Shown here one piece after another: positions 24,904 to 34,460 of a stretch of 64,000 bases of DNA. Both the position numbers and the translations under genes were made by a program. The notes under the pieces are model-generated. The model saw nothing but the letters and a program-made list of their open reading frames with translations. It did not search any database and was not told the DNA's origin. The DNA is from an uncultured Bacteroidales bacterium. Its GTDB lineage: Bacteria > Bacteroidota > Bacteroidia > Bacteroidales > Muribaculaceae. How positions within the stretch are numbered: position 1 is the stretch's first letter; each line of letters begins with the position of its first letter. The stretch is taken from contig CACYVC010000001.1 in assembly GCA_902777835.1 (NCBI GenBank), positions 31,736 through 95,735 on the forward strand, given 5' to 3'.

Positions 24904-26073
24904 TTATTTCATCGCTTTGATGATTCGGCGGGTAGCTTCTTCAACAACTGAGCGCTGGGTGGCGAGGTTGATACGGATAAAGCCATTGCCAGCCTTGCCA
25001 TACATAAGGCCATCATTGACCATCACCTTGCCGTCTTCGAGAATCTTCTTTGTTACCTCGGCGCTGGTCATGCCAGTAGGAGTGACATCAACCCAAGCCA
25101 GATAGGACCCTTCCATTGGGGTGATGTGGAAGTCGGGCAATTCTTTCTTCATCATGTCGCACATTACTTTGAAGTTGCCGGCGATATATTCGTTGAACTG
25201 CTCAATCCAACTCTCTCCGTGATTGTAGGCTGCCATAAACGCTTCGAGGCCGAAGGGGTTGATGGCGCACACCTGGTTGTCGATGAGCGCTTTGTTGATA
25301 TCGGCCTTGATGCGAGGATTGCTGCTCACGATAAATGCAGCTTGTAATCCTGCGATGTTGAACGACTTGCTTGGCGAACCGCAGGTCACGCAGTTAGCTT
25401 GTGCTTCAGGTGAGATTGAAGCAAAAGGAGTATAATGCTCGCCTGGCATCATCATCTCGCAGTGAATCTCGTCGCTCACAACAGTTACACCATGCTTGAG
25501 GCACAGCTCATTGACCTTAAGTAGTTCCTCTTTGCGCCACACGCGTCCTGCAGGGTTATGAGGGTTGCAGAAGAGCAAGGTGTGGGTTTTCTCGTCGGCG
25601 AGGGCGTTGTCGAGAGCATCGTAGTCGATAGAGTAAGAGTAGTCTTCATTGTAAGTCAGTGGCACCTCAACGGGAGTGCATTTGTTGCTCTCGATGCAAG
25701 TGAAGAAGCAGTTGTAGATGGGAGTAAGAATCACTACATTCTCGCCTGGTTTGGTGCCCGCTTTGAGAACAGCGTCAATGGCTGGAACCACACCGGTTGT
25801 GTATTCTATCCACTCGCGGTTGATATGCCAGTTGTGGCGGCGGTCAAACCAGTTGATAATTGAAGTGAAGAACTCTTCTGGCACGTTGGCATAGCCAAAC
25901 ACACCATGTTCTAAGCGTTGTTTCAGGGCATCCATAATGCATGGCGCTGCCTTGAAGTCCATGTCAGCAATCCACATGGGGATAACATCGTCGCTAGGAC
26001 AGTGATCCCATTTCACTGAATGAGTGTTGTGACGGTCGATGATCTCGTCAAAGTTGAATTTCTCGTTGTTCAT
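24904..26073 (-). CDS. PatB/MalY-type PLP-dependent C-S lyase (class I/II aminotransferase fold)
   Basis: The ATG at 26073 gives MNNEKFNFDEIIDRHNTHSVKWD, the hallmark MalY/PatB N-terminus, plus SPSKSFNIAGL (PLP lysine). The longer TTG-start ORF overlaps the promoter box. Confidence 0.88.
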   Translation of the reverse strand: MNNEKFNFDEIIDRHNTHSVKWDHCPSDDVIPMWIADMDFKAAPCIMDALKQRLEHGVFGYANVPEEFFTSIINWFDRRHNWHINREWIEYTTGVVPAIDAVLKAGTKPGENVVILTPIYNCFFTCIESNKCTPVEVPLTYNEDYSYSIDYDALDNALADEKTHTLLFCNPHNPAGRVWRKEELLKVNELCLKHGVTVVSDEIHCEMMMPGEHYTPFASISPEAQANCVTCGSPSKSFNIAGLQAAFIVSSNPRIKADINKALIDNQVCAINPFGLEAFMAAYNHGESWIEQFNEYIAGNFKVMCDMMKKELPDFHITPMEGSYLAWVDVTPTGMTSAEVTKKILEDGKVMVNDGLMYGKAGNGFIRINLATQRSVVEEATRRIIKAMK

Positions 26074-26103
26074 TGTTCTATGGTTAGTTATGTTTTTATG
26101 ATG

Positions 26104-26111
26104 CAAAGTTA
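26104..26111 (-). promoter_or_regulatory. -7 box TAACTTTG for the PatB-like gene
   Basis: The + strand caaagtta, 31 nt upstream of the ATG at 26073. Confidence 0.5.
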
Positions 26112-26148
26112 ATGCTTTTATGGTTTATTATAAAATATTTTGAGAAGT

Positions 26149-27579
26149 TTAACTGCTTGAGATGATACTTTTTTTAGACCACCGTCCTGACCATAGCCTG
26201 ATGAGGAAGATTGTGCCCCTTACCCACAACTCGATGCACATAGCAATCCACACGCCAATAAGACCTAAAGAGGGTGCCAACAAAGCAGCAAGGGTGATAC
26301 GCACAATCCACATGCTGCCTAGATTCATCGTGCTGGGAATGAGTGTGTCGCCTGCTCCTACCATCACTCCGTAACACACGATCGAGGCACCAAATAGCGG
26401 CTCAGCCCACGCCTCGATGCGCAGGCATTGAGCACCCAAGTCAACAATGTCTTGCACTGGCGACATTACCGACATCATCTGTGGGGCGAAGATATACATC
26501 AACACTCCTAGCGTCGTCATCGACAATACTCCCAGCGTAACGGTGATGTGAGCAAAACGTTTTGAGAGATCAAGGCGTTTTGCTCCAGTGCTCTGGCCCA
26601 CGAGTGTGGTAGCAGCCTCGGCAAGGCCATAACCAGGCATATAGCAAAGCCCTTCGGCAGTGACTGCAAAGGCGTTGGCGGCAATGGCAATGCTTCCTAG
26701 CGGTGCCACAATGACAGTGGTGGCAATATATGCTCCGCACATCATCACTTGCTGTAAACCGATGGGAGAACCTATCTTAACTGCTTTTTTAATGCAATCG
26801 AGAGTGGGAATGAAACTGCCTTTGGTGCCTTTGAGTTTCAAATCTCTTGACTTGAAAAGGAGGAAATATAACATCAATAGGCAAGTTACTACTTCGGCTA
26901 ACACAGTGCCTAATGCTGCACCTATTACACCTAGTCCTGCTCCTGGCACATGTAGCGCATATCCCGCTATTGAGATGTCTTGACTAGGAAAGATAAACAG
27001 AAAGTTAAACACAACATTAAGCACACACATTAAAATGTTGAGCATGCCTGGCACTTTCATGTTGCCGCTGCTGCGCAACATTCCTCCTGCAAGCAGTTCT
27101 ATCTCTAGGAATGGAAGGAACAGCGCTAGGATAAAGAAATAACGCGACGAATTGGGGCAGATGGCATCATGTCCGCCAAGCCAGTGGGGCAAGTAGCCGC
27201 TGATTAGGCATCCAACTAAAGCGAGCGCAATGCTGAAGATCATGCAGCATAGAAAAGATTGGCGTAGCACACAACGAGCATCATTACTACGGTTGGCTCC
27301 AAGGAGGTGGGCCACTTGCACGGTAAACCCCATTGCTGCGGCACTCAGCAGTCCGCCAAAGAGCCAGGTAGAACTAGCAACCAAACCAATAGACGCGCTG
27401 TCGTTGGCACCCAATTGTCCCACCATCGAAGAGTCGATATACTCCATAACGATAATCGACAGTTGGGCAAGGATGGCTGGCGTGCTAAGAGCAACGGTAA
27501 GCCTGAGCTGTTGCTTCAACGTCATTGAAGCGCCAGTCTTTATCATGTCGATAAGTTTATCCTTGTCAGTAGTTGCCAT
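26149..27579 (-). CDS. MATE family efflux transporter
   Basis: 476 aa, ~12 predicted hydrophobic segments. The N-terminus LRLTVALSTPAILAQLSIIVMEYIDSSMVGQLG is typical of NorM/MATE proteins. Confidence 0.85.
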   Translation of the reverse strand: MATTDKDKLIDMIKTGASMTLKQQLRLTVALSTPAILAQLSIIVMEYIDSSMVGQLGANDSASIGLVASSTWLFGGLLSAAAMGFTVQVAHLLGANRSNDARCVLRQSFLCCMIFSIALALVGCLISGYLPHWLGGHDAICPNSSRYFFILALFLPFLEIELLAGGMLRSSGNMKVPGMLNILMCVLNVVFNFLFIFPSQDISIAGYALHVPGAGLGVIGAALGTVLAEVVTCLLMLYFLLFKSRDLKLKGTKGSFIPTLDCIKKAVKIGSPIGLQQVMMCGAYIATTVIVAPLGSIAIAANAFAVTAEGLCYMPGYGLAEAATTLVGQSTGAKRLDLSKRFAHITVTLGVLSMTTLGVLMYIFAPQMMSVMSPVQDIVDLGAQCLRIEAWAEPLFGASIVCYGVMVGAGDTLIPSTMNLGSMWIVRITLAALLAPSLGLIGVWIAMCIELWVRGTIFLIRLWSGRWSKKSIISSS

Positions 27580-27628
27580 TGTGAGTTCCTATATATAATA
27601 AGGTGTAGTGACTAACCTAACCAAAGTG

Positions 27629-27636
27629 CAAAAATA
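27629..27636 (-). promoter_or_regulatory. -7 box TATTTTTG for the MATE gene
   Basis: The + strand caaaaata, 50 nt upstream of the ATG at 27579. It is followed upstream by AATAGTT and TAGTTTT-like words. Confidence 0.4.
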
Positions 27637-27690
27637 CAGAAAAATAGTTGAAATACAGTTGTAACTGTTGGTTTTTAGACAAAGAAAAAA

Positions 27691-27711
27691 GCCCCACAAC
27701 TTGTGTGAGGC
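27691..27711 (-). terminator. Terminator downstream of the OmpA-family gene
   Basis: The minus strand reads AAAAAAGCCTCACACAAGTTGTGGGGCTTTTTTCTTTG: an 8-bp stem with 1 mismatch, then a T-run. Confidence 0.7.
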
Positions 27712-27747
27712 TTTTTTAATCATTCGACGTTAATTCTGAAGTCAGAA

Positions 27748-29010
27748 TTATTTGTTACGTACGATAGTTACGCAACGGCCGAGAGGAGCGCTCTGTGCAC
27801 CGTAAACATCGGGGTGGTTAGCGTTGTTAGTCTCAGTGCTGAGACGGCCACCGTTGATGCCCTTATCCTCAAGAGCCTTCTTAACGCCGTTTACACGGTC
27901 GTGACGGAGCTTAATGTTGATCTCGTCGTTACCAGTGTAGTTGTCGGCCCAACCAGTGAGAGTGTAGTTGTCGTTCTCGTTGTTCATTACGTCAGCAACT
28001 GCGTTAACAACTTCCATTTGTACTGGAGTGATGTAAGATTTACCTCTTGGATAGTAGATAGTTGCAAGAGGAGCCTCTTTTGCTGGTCCAGGCTTGTCAC
28101 ACTTGTGGTTCTTCTTCCAGTTCAAGCAGTCGTTGAGCTGGTTCTCGAGGTCGCGGATCTTAGCGTTAGCTTGAGCAAGCTTGTTGCGAAGAGCTTCGAG
28201 CTCGGGAGTTGGATCTGGATACTGTGGGCAGATAGGTACCACGGGAGCATTCCACTCAGTCTTACCAAACTTGTAAGCGAAACCGAGTTGAGCACTTGGG
28301 TATTCATTCCAAGTCTTGTGTCCATAACCATCCATGTGCTCCTGAATCATGTCGAAACGGAGGTCGAGCAGGAGGTCAACGTGTTTGCCAAGAGCAAAGG
28401 TGTTGAGCAAACCAGCTTGGAGGGCGAAGTTGCGATCGTGCCAGCCTTCTTTGCCATTGTTATAGCCACCATACTTCCAGCTGCCTTTACCATCTCTCTG
28501 GTCTTTGTAGAAGTTCCAGCTAGTAGAAGCACCAGCATAAACAATAGCGTTGTAGAAACGACCAGGTTTGTAACCGCAGAGCCAGTTTGTAACATTGAAC
28601 AGAACGTCGCCAGTTACACCGATGCGGTTGAACTTCTGGCCTGGTAATTGAACGCCATCTTTCATTTGGTCAGCCATGTCAGTACGGAGACCAATAGCGT
28701 CAGATTGACCAGCAACACCCTTCATCTGCTCGAAATGACCGCCGATGCGAACACCCAGCAGTGGAGAGAACCACTTACCGATGAACAAATTAGCTTTGGG
28801 GGCGAGGATGCGTTTGCCAAGTTTCATGTTGGCATCTTTGTAAGACATCAATACACCTACACCGCCTGTTGCCTGTACGAACCAGTTGTCTTGCATACGA
28901 TTGAAGATGTAGCCTTGAGCTGGATCCTCTACGTACTGTACCTCCTGAGCATTAACTGCAGGGGCCAAGAAAAGAGCACATGCACATGCAAGTAATGTAA
29001 TCTTTTTCAT
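27748..29010 (-). CDS. OmpA-family outer membrane protein (N-terminal beta-barrel, coiled-coil linker, C-terminal OmpA_C peptidoglycan-binding domain)
   Basis: 420 aa with signal peptide MKKITLLACACALFLAPAVNAQ. The linker is LEALRNKLAQANAKIRDLENQLNDC. The C-terminus is TLTGWADNYTGNDEINIKLRHDRVNGVKKAL. Confidence 0.88.
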   Translation of the reverse strand: MKKITLLACACALFLAPAVNAQEVQYVEDPAQGYIFNRMQDNWFVQATGGVGVLMSYKDANMKLGKRILAPKANLFIGKWFSPLLGVRIGGHFEQMKGVAGQSDAIGLRTDMADQMKDGVQLPGQKFNRIGVTGDVLFNVTNWLCGYKPGRFYNAIVYAGASTSWNFYKDQRDGKGSWKYGGYNNGKEGWHDRNFALQAGLLNTFALGKHVDLLLDLRFDMIQEHMDGYGHKTWNEYPSAQLGFAYKFGKTEWNAPVVPICPQYPDPTPELEALRNKLAQANAKIRDLENQLNDCLNWKKNHKCDKPGPAKEAPLATIYYPRGKSYITPVQMEVVNAVADVMNNENDNYTLTGWADNYTGNDEINIKLRHDRVNGVKKALEDKGINGGRLSTETNNANHPDVYGAQSAPLGRCVTIVRNK

Positions 29011-29087
29011 AGACTTACGTTTTTTTAAATAAAAATTTTTATTTGTTAAACACTAAAATAAATTATATACCTTATCAAAACATTGTG

Positions 29088-29095
29088 CAAATATA
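29088..29095 (-). promoter_or_regulatory. -7 box TATATTTG for ompA-family gene 1
   Basis: The + strand caaatata, ~78 nt upstream of the ATG at 29010. Confidence 0.4.
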
Positions 29096-29148
29096 CACCT
29101 TTTTTTTTGATTGTTAATCATTTTCCCAAAAAAATCTTCAAAAAAAGG

Positions 29149-31203
29149 TCATTTTTTGCGTTTTTTGAGGGTTTTTTGGATTTCTGAGGCAATATTTTGG
29201 GGTGAAAAGCCAAATTTCTCGTCCAAAATCTTGTATGGAGCAGAGGCGCCAAAGTGGTCAAGTCCGAAAATGTCTCCGTTGTTGACCACACTTTGCAAAG
29301 TTGAGGGTAGTCCAGCGGAAAGTCCGAAGGCTGGCAATTCTGGTGGAATTACCTCATTTTGGTATTCCTCGGGTTGGTTTTTGAACAAACCGATAGATGG
29401 AATTGAAACAATCTGCACCTTGAAGTCATGTTCAGCCTTGATGATCTGAGTAGCCTCAACAAGTGTCGATACTTCCGAACCATTGCCCACTAGCACTATC
29501 TCGGGATTATCGTCTTTATATAATATGTATGCACCTTTTTCTGCCTGCAGGGCGTCATTGTAGCGAGCTGCGTAGTCTTCACCATGCTGAGATGGCAGGT
29601 CGGGAATGTTCTGGCGCGAAAGGATGAGGGCAGTGGGGGTGAGGGTGTTTTCCATCGCCATCTTCCATGCCACGGTACACTCGGCACTATCGGCGGGACG
29701 TAAAACTAGCACGCTGTTTCGACCGCTGTGGTTCTTGAGTTCTTCCATGAGGCGAATTTGTGCCTCTTGCTCCACAGGTTCGTGTGTTGGTCCATCCTCG
29801 CCCACGCGGAATGCGTCGTGAGTCCAGATAAACTTCACGGGCAACTCCATCAGGGCTGATAGTCGAACAGCAGGTTTCATATAATCACTGAAGACGAAGA
29901 AGGTACCGCAAGCAGCAATCATGCCACCATGCAAGGCGATACCGTTGATAAGAGCTGTCATCGCAAGTTCGCTCACGCCGGCCTGCAAGAATGCTCCCTC
30001 AAAGTCGCCTCGAGTGAATGCCTTGGTCTTCTTTAGGAAACCATCGGTCTTGTCGCTGTTGGCAAGGTCGGCGCTCGACACTATCATGTTGCCCACGCCT
30101 TGTGCTAATGCTCCCAGTACGTTGGCGCTCGAAGCTCGTGTGGCTAGGCCTGGCTTATGTTCGATTGCAGCATAATCGATGGCGTCAACTTCACCTCTTA
30201 TATATCGTTCAAGTTGTTCGGCCTTTTCGGGATTGGCATTGCGCCACGCTTGCTCTTGAGCTTTGCGCTCGGCAACAATGGCGCGAAGCTGCTCGGCGCG
30301 TTTAGCATATAGCTCTGCGGTCTCTGGAAAGACTTGCCAAGGATTGTCAGCGTCTCCACCCAGGTTCTCGATGGTCTTCTCGAAGCTAGCTCCAGACTTG
30401 CTCAGTGGGTTGCCGTGGGTGCTGCACTGGCCTTCGAAGTTCTTGCCGTCTTCGGTCACGCAGCCGCGCCCCATTATAGTCTTGCCTATGATTATAGTTG
30501 GACGCTCGGTCTCCTGCTGTGCCTTAACTATTGCGTCGGCGATGGCTACAGGATTTGTGCCGTCAATCTCGATGACGTTCCAGTTCCAGGCGCGGTATTT
30601 CATAGCGGTGTCCTCGCAACTCACGGCGTCGCACATGGTGGAAAGTTGTACCGAGTTGCTGTCGTAGAACATGATGAGATTGCTTAGTCCTAGTAGGCCT
30701 GCTAATCGTCCTGCCTCTTGCGATATGCCCTCCTGCACGCCACCATCGCTAATGAAAGCATAAGTCTTGTGTGCAAATGCTTCGCTGAAATGTGCAGCGA
30801 TGAATCGTTCGGCGATGGCACATCCAACTGCCATCACATGGCCTTGTCCTAATGGGCCACTGGTATTCTCCACTCCGTGCTCCACGTCGAGTTCAGGATG
30901 GCCAGGAGTGATGCTCCCCCAAGAGCGGAAAGCCTTGATATCGTCAATAGTGTACTTGCCAGTCATGAACAGAGTGGCATAAAGCATTGGCGACATGTGG
31001 CCAGGATCTAAGAAGAAGCGGTCACGCGAGAACCAGCGTGGATCATCAGGATCATGAACAAGGAAAGAACTGTAAAGCACGTTAGCAAAATCAGCTCCAC
31101 CCATGGCACCGCCTGGGTGCCCCGACTTGGCGTTCTCAACCATAGCGGCAGCAAGAATGCGGATGTTGTTGGCCGCACGAGTCATCATTTTATCGTTTAT
31201 CAT
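29149..31203 (-). CDS. tkt: Transketolase
   Basis: 684 aa. NIRILAAAMVENAKSGHPGGAMGGADF (ThDP-binding N-terminus), GPLGQG, and HDAFRVGEDGPTHEPVEQ. Confidence 0.95.
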   Translation of the reverse strand: MINDKMMTRAANNIRILAAAMVENAKSGHPGGAMGGADFANVLYSSFLVHDPDDPRWFSRDRFFLDPGHMSPMLYATLFMTGKYTIDDIKAFRSWGSITPGHPELDVEHGVENTSGPLGQGHVMAVGCAIAERFIAAHFSEAFAHKTYAFISDGGVQEGISQEAGRLAGLLGLSNLIMFYDSNSVQLSTMCDAVSCEDTAMKYRAWNWNVIEIDGTNPVAIADAIVKAQQETERPTIIIGKTIMGRGCVTEDGKNFEGQCSTHGNPLSKSGASFEKTIENLGGDADNPWQVFPETAELYAKRAEQLRAIVAERKAQEQAWRNANPEKAEQLERYIRGEVDAIDYAAIEHKPGLATRASSANVLGALAQGVGNMIVSSADLANSDKTDGFLKKTKAFTRGDFEGAFLQAGVSELAMTALINGIALHGGMIAACGTFFVFSDYMKPAVRLSALMELPVKFIWTHDAFRVGEDGPTHEPVEQEAQIRLMEELKNHSGRNSVLVLRPADSAECTVAWKMAMENTLTPTALILSRQNIPDLPSQHGEDYAARYNDALQAEKGAYILYKDDNPEIVLVGNGSEVSTLVEATQIIKAEHDFKVQIVSIPSIGLFKNQPEEYQNEVIPPELPAFGLSAGLPSTLQSVVNNGDIFGLDHFGASAPYKILDEKFGFSPQNIASEIQKTLKKRKK

Positions 31204-31304
31204 ATAATAATTATATTTAGATACATATTACGTCACGAAGATACAATATATTTAAATAATGTGCAAGAGTTTTTGCTGTTTTGTGAGAAAAAAAAGACAA
31301 AAAA

Positions 31305-31327
31305 GGCACCGAGTGACGCTCGGTGCC
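31305..31327 (-). terminator. Rho-independent terminator after the MFS gene
   Basis: The minus strand reads GGCACCGAG-cgtca-CTCGGTGCC followed by TTTTTTGTCTTTTTTTT. Confidence 0.85.
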
Positions 31328-31355
31328 ATAAAAAGATGTGAAAAATGCTTATCTT

Positions 31356-32921
31356 TTATTCATTTGCTGTAGCTTTGACGGCCTTCGCTGGTCGGCTGCC
31401 GATGAGTGCATAGAACAGGATGTAGGCAGCGCATGAGAGCGGGATGATGTAGCTTAAGATATAGCTGTTGGTGATGTCGGCAAGCCAGCCTTGCAATGGA
31501 ATGAGGATACCTCCACCAAACACCATCGTCATGAATGCTCCCGAAGCTATGCTGGTGTACTTGCCAAGTCCTTCAACCGACATATTGAAAATGCCTCCCC
31601 ACATCACTGATGTGCAAAGTCCCACAAGCACAAAGAATAAAACGCCTATTGGTGTCTTGCCCCAAACGATCTGCATTTTGCCCCAGTCGATACCTGGCAT
31701 GTTGAATGTGATGTCTTTTGGCAAGAAAATGCCAAGCAGAAGTAGGATTATTGCCATTATGGCGCAGAATGACACCTGCTTGCGGCTGCTCACTTTGGCA
31801 CCAATCATGCCACCAATAAAGCGCCCTATAAGCATTAGGAACCAGTAGATTGCGACAATGCCGCCCGCAATAGTGGCGTTCATCATAACTCCAGCCTCCT
31901 CATTTTCTTGAACCTCGGCCGTGAGTATGCCTTTTTCAATGTGTTCGGCAGTCGTTATGATGTCTTCTTCCAAGTCGGCTACTAAAATGGAGTCGGCTCT
32001 TCCCTTTTCATTGTCGGGATAATCTTCCTGCTTGAGATTCATGATGCTGTCATGGTTGGTTGTCACTTTGTGGTAAGCAATAGCGGCAAGTTTGGGGTCT
32101 TTGCCTTTATGCTGATTTAGCACTTCAGCCTTCTTGGTGATTATCTCAGGGGTGTCAGCGGTGAGGTATTGCAAGGCGTAGGTTGGAGGACCCACTTCAA
32201 GACCCATATAGAGGAAGATGGCGAGAATTCCAAGGTTAAAGTGACGGAATGAGAATGCGCCATATTTTCTCTCAACTTTCTGAACAGCATTGTCGCTATC
32301 GGTAGCCTCGTCTTCTTGTTTAGGTTCTTCAATTACAGTGAAAGTAAGTATAATGAAAGCTATAACAAATACTGTAATTGCTGCAATTAGTGCTGGAGTA
32401 GCGTCTTCAATCTTGGCGTGGGCAGCATCGGCAATGAGCGAGCCCATGATGATTGTGACAGCAACAGCGGCAAGGGAGTTGCACACGCCACCAAACTGCA
32501 CGAGCTGGTTACCTTTGTTACCACCACCGCCCATGGTGTTGAGCATTGGATTGACAACCGTGTTGAGCATACACATGCAGAAACCTGCAATGAAAGCGCC
32601 TAGTAAGTAAACCCAGAAACTCTCAATGCTATCCCATCCACTCATATACTGAATGAACACGCCCAAAATACCAATAAAGATCGCTAGTAACGCGGTCTTC
32701 TTGTATCCAAATTTCTTAAGGAGCATACCGCTCGGGATACCCATAACCAGATAGGCGATGAAATTGGCGGCATTACCTAATTGTGCTGCGAAACTTGACG
32801 CATGGAACTGATTTTTAACGATTACAGCCATGGGACTGCAAAGGTTGGTCACAAATGCTATCATTGCGAATAGGAAGAACATCATAATGATAGCAATCCA
32901 TTGTTTCTTTTTTTGTGCCAT
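31356..32921 (-). CDS. Sugar MFS transporter (FucP/GluP-like) with a ~95-aa hydrophilic insertion
   Basis: 521 aa. The N-terminus WIAIIMMFFLFAMIAFVTNL...FIAYLVMGIPSGMLLKKFGYKKT is typical of glucose/galactose/fucose permeases. An acidic insertion at aa ~254-347 lies between the seventh and eighth hydrophobic segments. Confidence 0.8.
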   Translation of the reverse strand: MAQKKKQWIAIIMMFFLFAMIAFVTNLCSPMAVIVKNQFHASSFAAQLGNAANFIAYLVMGIPSGMLLKKFGYKKTALLAIFIGILGVFIQYMSGWDSIESFWVYLLGAFIAGFCMCMLNTVVNPMLNTMGGGGNKGNQLVQFGGVCNSLAAVAVTIIMGSLIADAAHAKIEDATPALIAAITVFVIAFIILTFTVIEEPKQEDEATDSDNAVQKVERKYGAFSFRHFNLGILAIFLYMGLEVGPPTYALQYLTADTPEIITKKAEVLNQHKGKDPKLAAIAYHKVTTNHDSIMNLKQEDYPDNEKGRADSILVADLEEDIITTAEHIEKGILTAEVQENEEAGVMMNATIAGGIVAIYWFLMLIGRFIGGMIGAKVSSRKQVSFCAIMAIILLLLGIFLPKDITFNMPGIDWGKMQIVWGKTPIGVLFFVLVGLCTSVMWGGIFNMSVEGLGKYTSIASGAFMTMVFGGGILIPLQGWLADITNSYILSYIIPLSCAAYILFYALIGSRPAKAVKATANE

Positions 32922-33020
32922 AGTTTTATAGTATATTTTAACGTTAATAATCTATTATCTGAAAAGAACGTATAAAGTTAAACATTAAATTTTAATGCAA
33001 TGCAATAAATAGACGATTTT

Positions 33021-33689
33021 TCAATATTCTCTAGCTCCAAAAATATTGGTGCCGATGCGCACATATGTTGCTCCGTGCTGCACTGCGATGTGCCAGTCGT
33101 CGCTCATTCCCATACTTATCTCTTTGAAGGCAGTGTCGCCAGCAAAGTACTTGTCGCGAAGGGTGGTGAATGTGTTATGTACCAGTTCAAACTCGCTTGT
33201 CACCTGCTTCATGTCATCGGTGAAGGTTGCCATCGCCATCAGTCCGGCTATGGTTACATTGCTCAAATTGGTGAAAGCACCCTCGGCGGCCACTTTTAGC
33301 AATTCATCAACAGTGAAACCACTCTTTGTCTGCTCTTTAGCCACATGAAGCTGAAGTAACACATTAACATTGCGGTTAATTCTAGCAGCTTCCTTATTAA
33401 CAAGTTGAAGCAATTCTATAGAGTCGATACTTTGTATCGTTGATGCCCAGGGAATTATCATGCGCACCTTGTTCTTTTGCAAGTGCCCTATAAAGTGCCA
33501 CTCAATGTCGCTGGGCAATTGTGGTGCCTTTGCCGCCATTTCTTGTGCACGGTTTTCGCCGAAAATGCGCTGCCCTGCATCGTATGCCTCCATAATTTTC
33601 TCTACAGGGTGGAATTTCGATACCGCTACTAGTTTTACACCTTCAGGTAGCTGCGCTGTTATGTGTTCTATATTTTGAGCGATAGACAT
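33021..33689 (-). CDS. yggS: YggS-family PLP homeostasis protein
   Basis: The ATG at 33689 gives MSIAQNIEHITAQLPEGVKLVAVSKFHPVEKIMEAYDAGQRIFGENRAQE (PLP lysine in VSK)...LSMGMSDDWHIAVQHGATYVRIGTNIFG. The longer track ORF overlaps the upstream gene. Confidence 0.9.
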   Translation of the reverse strand: MSIAQNIEHITAQLPEGVKLVAVSKFHPVEKIMEAYDAGQRIFGENRAQEMAAKAPQLPSDIEWHFIGHLQKNKVRMIIPWASTIQSIDSIELLQLVNKEAARINRNVNVLLQLHVAKEQTKSGFTVDELLKVAAEGAFTNLSNVTIAGLMAMATFTDDMKQVTSEFELVHNTFTTLRDKYFAGDTAFKEISMGMSDDWHIAVQHGATYVRIGTNIFGAREY

Positions 33690-33693
33690 ATGC

Positions 33694-34161
33694 TTATTTC
33701 TCTTTTTTCTCAGCCTTGTCAGCGAGAGTTTCGGTGAGGTTTGCAGCAAAAACATCCATCAGAGGGGTCTCGTCGATGGCGGCAATCTCATAATCAAATG
33801 CAGTGCCGCGCATGTTCTCGAGGAATATATTGAGGGCTTCTTTAAACTCGCTAGCCTGTACTAGAGAGTTGCTTGATGTGCGTTTTTCGGCAGCGGTCTT
33901 CTCGTCGATGGTTATCATGTTTATTTTCACCTTGTACCAGCGGTCGCCGCCTAGATGGAAGAAAATATCGTCAAATTTCACCTTTTTCACAGCCGTGACA
34001 GCAAACTCGCCAGTGGTGAATGGCATCATCTCCTCGGTGATGCGTGCCTCGGCTTCAGTAAACGAGAGAGCGTCAACGAGATAAGGTTCAGTAACAGTCT
34101 TCTGCGCGCCAGTCTCAAGCGTGCGGTCATATTTTACTTTACATTCAAAATAGGTTGCCAT
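33694..34161 (-). CDS. DUF4494 domain protein
   Basis: 155 aa. MATYFECKVKYDRTLETGAQKTVTEPYLVDALSFTEAEARITEEM matches the conserved DUF4494 N-terminus found across Bacteroidota. Confidence 0.75.
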   Translation of the reverse strand: MATYFECKVKYDRTLETGAQKTVTEPYLVDALSFTEAEARITEEMMPFTTGEFAVTAVKKVKFDDIFFHLGGDRWYKVKINMITIDEKTAAEKRTSSNSLVQASEFKEALNIFLENMRGTAFDYEIAAIDETPLMDVFAANLTETLADKAEKKEK

Positions 34162-34227
34162 AATGCTATTTATGTTATTCGGTTGAAAAATACTTGTTTG
34201 TGCAATAGCTGTAATTAAAAACGGCTA

Positions 34228-34235
34228 CAAAGGTA
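34228..34235 (-). promoter_or_regulatory. -7 box TACCTTTG for the DUF4494-yggS operon
   Basis: The + strand caaaggta, ~67 nt upstream of the ATG at 34161. Confidence 0.4.
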
Positions 34236-34277
34236 CAAAATAAAGACGAGAAATCGCCCAAAGTGTGAATAATTTAT

Positions 34278-34285
34278 TATTTTTG
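34278..34285 (+). promoter_or_regulatory. Candidate -7 box TATTTTTG upstream of yigZ
   Basis: Exact TAnnTTTG match. The ATG at 34461 lies ~175 nt downstream, across the direct repeat. Confidence 0.3.
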
Positions 34286-34288
34286 CAC

Positions 34289-34436
34289 AAAATTAGTGCA
34301 AGGTGAGAGCAGAGCAAAATAATAAACGAAGTTTTTTATTTTTTATGCCGAATCCCCGCCTAATTTATCCAAAATTATTGCAAGGTGAATGAAATCCAAA
34401 CTTTTTGAGATTTCTGAACCGCCGCCTAATTTATCT
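34289..34436 (+). repeat. Two tandem ~66-82 nt units with conserved ends in the yigZ leader
   Basis: Both units start AAAATTA(G/T)TGCAAGGTGA (34289 and 34371) and end CCGCCTAATTTATC (34357 and 34420). The interiors differ. Confidence 0.65.
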
Positions 34437-34460
34437 AAAGTTTCATTGACTGGAAATGCT

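Noticed and set aside
29100-29108. A T9 homopolymer (A9 on the coding strand) just upstream of the ompA-family -7 box, considered as a phase-variation switch.
   Set aside because: The run is short, a single sequence cannot show length variation, and A/T runs are common in these AT-rich promoter regions.
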